From assembly GCF_963921235.1 (NCBI RefSeq), contig NC_086097.1, positions 95,420,001 through 95,484,000 on the forward strand: DNA of 64,000 nucleotides, given 5' to 3'. The notes below the pieces were generated by a model. That model saw only the letters and a list, made by a program, of their open reading frames with translations. It had not been told where the DNA came from and made no database searches. How positions within the stretch are numbered: position 1 is the first letter of the stretch; each line of letters starts with the position of its first letter. Made by a program: the position numbers and the translations under genes. This DNA is from Mobula hypostoma. Lineage: Eukaryota. Shown here one piece after another: positions 61,966 to 64,000 of the stretch.

Positions 61966-62782
61966 CAACAGGAATTCTGCAGATGCTGGAAATTCAAGCA
62001 ACATACATCAAAGTTGCTGGTGAATGCAGCAGGCCAAGCAGCATCTGTAGGAAGAGGTGCAGTCGACATTTCAGGCCGAGACCCTTCGTCTGGACTAACT
62101 GAAGGAAGAGTGAGTAAGGGATTTGAAAGTTGGAGGGGGAGGGGGAGATCCAAAATGATAGGAGAAGACAGGAGGGGGAGGGATAGAGCCAAGAGCTGGA
62201 CAGGTGATAGGCAAAAGGGAATACGAGAGGATCATGGGACAGGAGGTCCGGGAAGAAAGACAAGGGGGGGTGACCTAGAGGATGGGCAAGGGGTATATTC
62301 AGAGGGACAGAGGGAGAAAAAGGAGAGTGAGAGAAAGAATGTGTGCATAAAAATGAGTAACAGATGGGGTACGAGGGGGAGGTGGGGCCTTAGCGGAAGT
62401 TAGAGAAGTCGATGTTCATGCCATCAGGTTGGAGGCTACCCAGATGGAATATAAGGTGTTGTTCCTCCAACCTGAGTGTGGCTTCATCTTTACAGTAGAG
62501 GAGGCCGTGGATAGACATGTCAGAATGGGAATGGGATGTGGAATTAAAATGTGTGGCCACTGGGAGATCCTGCTTTCTTTGGCGGACAGAGCGTAGATGT
62601 TCAGCAAAGCGGTCTCCCAGTCTGCGTCGGGTCTCGCCAATATATAAAAGGGGCAACGCAGACTGGGAGACCGCTTTGCTGAACATCTAGTCCTGACGAA
62701 GGGTCTCGGCCTGAAACGTCGACTGCACCTCTTCCTACAGATGCTGCTTGGCCTGCTGCGTTCACCATCAACTTTGATGTAT
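61966..62782. mobile_element. Penelope-like element with inverted arms (minus 61966 to about 62650; fold-back 62656-62689; plus 62688-62782)
   Basis: YIGETRRRLGDRFAEH..DFSNFR on minus; exact TSD GATGTTACATTGAA at 61952-61965 and 62783-62796. Confidence 0.95.
62689..62724 (+). ncRNA. Minimal type I hammerhead ribozyme, best-preserved copy
   Basis: Stem I AGTC/GACT; CTGACGA 62693-62699; stem II GGGT-CTCG-GCCT; GAAA 62713-62716; CGTC with predicted cleavage after 62720; ACGT palindrome. Confidence 0.8.
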
Positions 62783-63429
62783 GATGTTACATTGAAGTTG
62801 TTTTAAGGCATTGGTGAGGCCTAAATTGGAGTATTGTTCACCTACCTACAGGAAAGATGTCAATTTTTTTTCACCTGCCTGCAGGATGTCAATAACATTG
62901 AAAGAGGGCAGAGAAAATTTATAAGGATGTTGTCAAGACTTGAGGACCTCGGTTATAGGGAAAGGTTGAATAGGTTAGAACTTTATTCCCCAGAGAGAGG
63001 AGAGATTTGATAGAGGCATACAAAATTATGAGGGATATCGATACAGTAAATGCAAGCTGGATTTTTCCACCGAGTTGGTTGAGGCTAGAACTAAAGATCA
63101 TGGGTTAAGGGTGAAAGGTGAAATATTTAAGAGGAACATGAAGGGGAACATCTTCACTCAGAGTGTGGAATGAGTTGCCACTGGAAGTGGTGGATGTGGA
63201 TCAGATTCTGATTTCAACATTTCAACAAGGGAAATTTGATGGGAGGTGTAAGGAGGGCTACGGTTCAGGCGCAAATCAATGGGACACAGCATTTAATAGT
63301 TTAGCATGGACTAGATAGGCTGAAGGGCCTGTGTCTGTGCTGTGGTGTTCTATGACTCTATGGCATACAATAATAAACTAGGAATAACATAATAGGAAGA
63401 AGTTCTGCAGGTGCATGGAAAGGAGGCAA

Positions 63430-63960
63430 GTAAATGCTTCTACCTTTGAACTTTACACAAGTCCAAGATCCAACTTTCTCACCCTCATACAGAAATGATC
63501 TTTCTAAGGAGAGGTCATCCGGTGAGATAATTATTCCTGCTTCAGTATACAATACTAATTCTAAAATAGCCTGCTCCAGGGTTGGTTTGCAATGTTTTGC
63601 TGAAAAATACATCTTGAACAATGTTTATGAATTTGTCCCCAAAGGTATCATTGTCAAATCTGACTTGTCCAACCTAAATGATTACCGCATGAGCAATTTC
63701 AACCAGGTCTGTGGAGACCCCTCCTCAAATCTGCATAAATTCTTCTCCACCTTGATGATAGCACGTTAAACATGATCCTAACCAACAATTCCAAAAAAAG
63801 CTAACCTCATTGGCAATTGGTATTAAGCAAGGCTACATAATTTCATCAACAATGTTCTCAATGTTTCTCGCTGTGATGCTGCAGTTCATCTCCAACCAGC
63901 CTCCTAGAGAAGTTTACTTAAAGAACACATGAAAAACTGTGCAACCTATTTTACCTCCAC
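63430..63960 (-). mobile_element. Very old CR1 endonuclease remnant
   Basis: KPTLEQAILELVL resembles the CR1 PTR..AILDLVL motif. Confidence 0.55.
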
Positions 63961-64000
63961 TCCAGAACCCTCACCCTAACCTCCATAATCAAGCTTTGGT

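Larger units (their letters stand above)
61740..63362 (+). mobile_element. CR1 3' fragment interrupted by a Penelope-like element
   Basis: EVLHFRR, QRDLGIQIH, EYRSWDV|LKL..ALVRP; TTCTATGACTCTATG tail. Confidence 0.88.

Noticed and set aside
1..64000. CRISPR arrays, rRNA/tRNA genes, prokaryotic operons
   Set aside because: No regularly spaced repeats or intact RNA genes; the sequence is eukaryotic repeat-rich DNA.

Overview
Vertebrate-type, repeat-dense, apparently non-genic (intergenic or intronic) DNA. The repeat mix (V-SINE- and Deu-SINE-like pieces, CR1, Rex1/Babar, abundant GIY-YIG Penelope-like elements) suggests a cartilaginous fish; this is inference. I found no supportable host exon, and most ORFs in the track are fragments or antisense shadows of decayed transposons. 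Recognisable content: a four-level nest (Gypsy > CR1 > HERO-type RLE retrotransposon > Tigger-type element) at 1.85-10.9 kb, a second Tigger derivative, many CR1 and Rex1 pieces, a Tc1 fragment, a hAT-like MITE, a solo LTR and an unclassified non-coding retroposon. The most striking pattern is in the Penelope-like family. Copies of about 110 bp to 3 kb are repeatedly built as two inverted arms with 3' ends facing outward, six of them have 14-16 bp target-site duplications, and the family carries a minimal hammerhead ribozyme motif about 100 nt from the 3' end. In the short copies the arm junctions cluster at the hammerhead. A candidate pseudoknot is also conserved in the 3' UTR of two divergent HERO copies. 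Boundaries of old repeats are approximate and all assignments were made by eye, without database searches.
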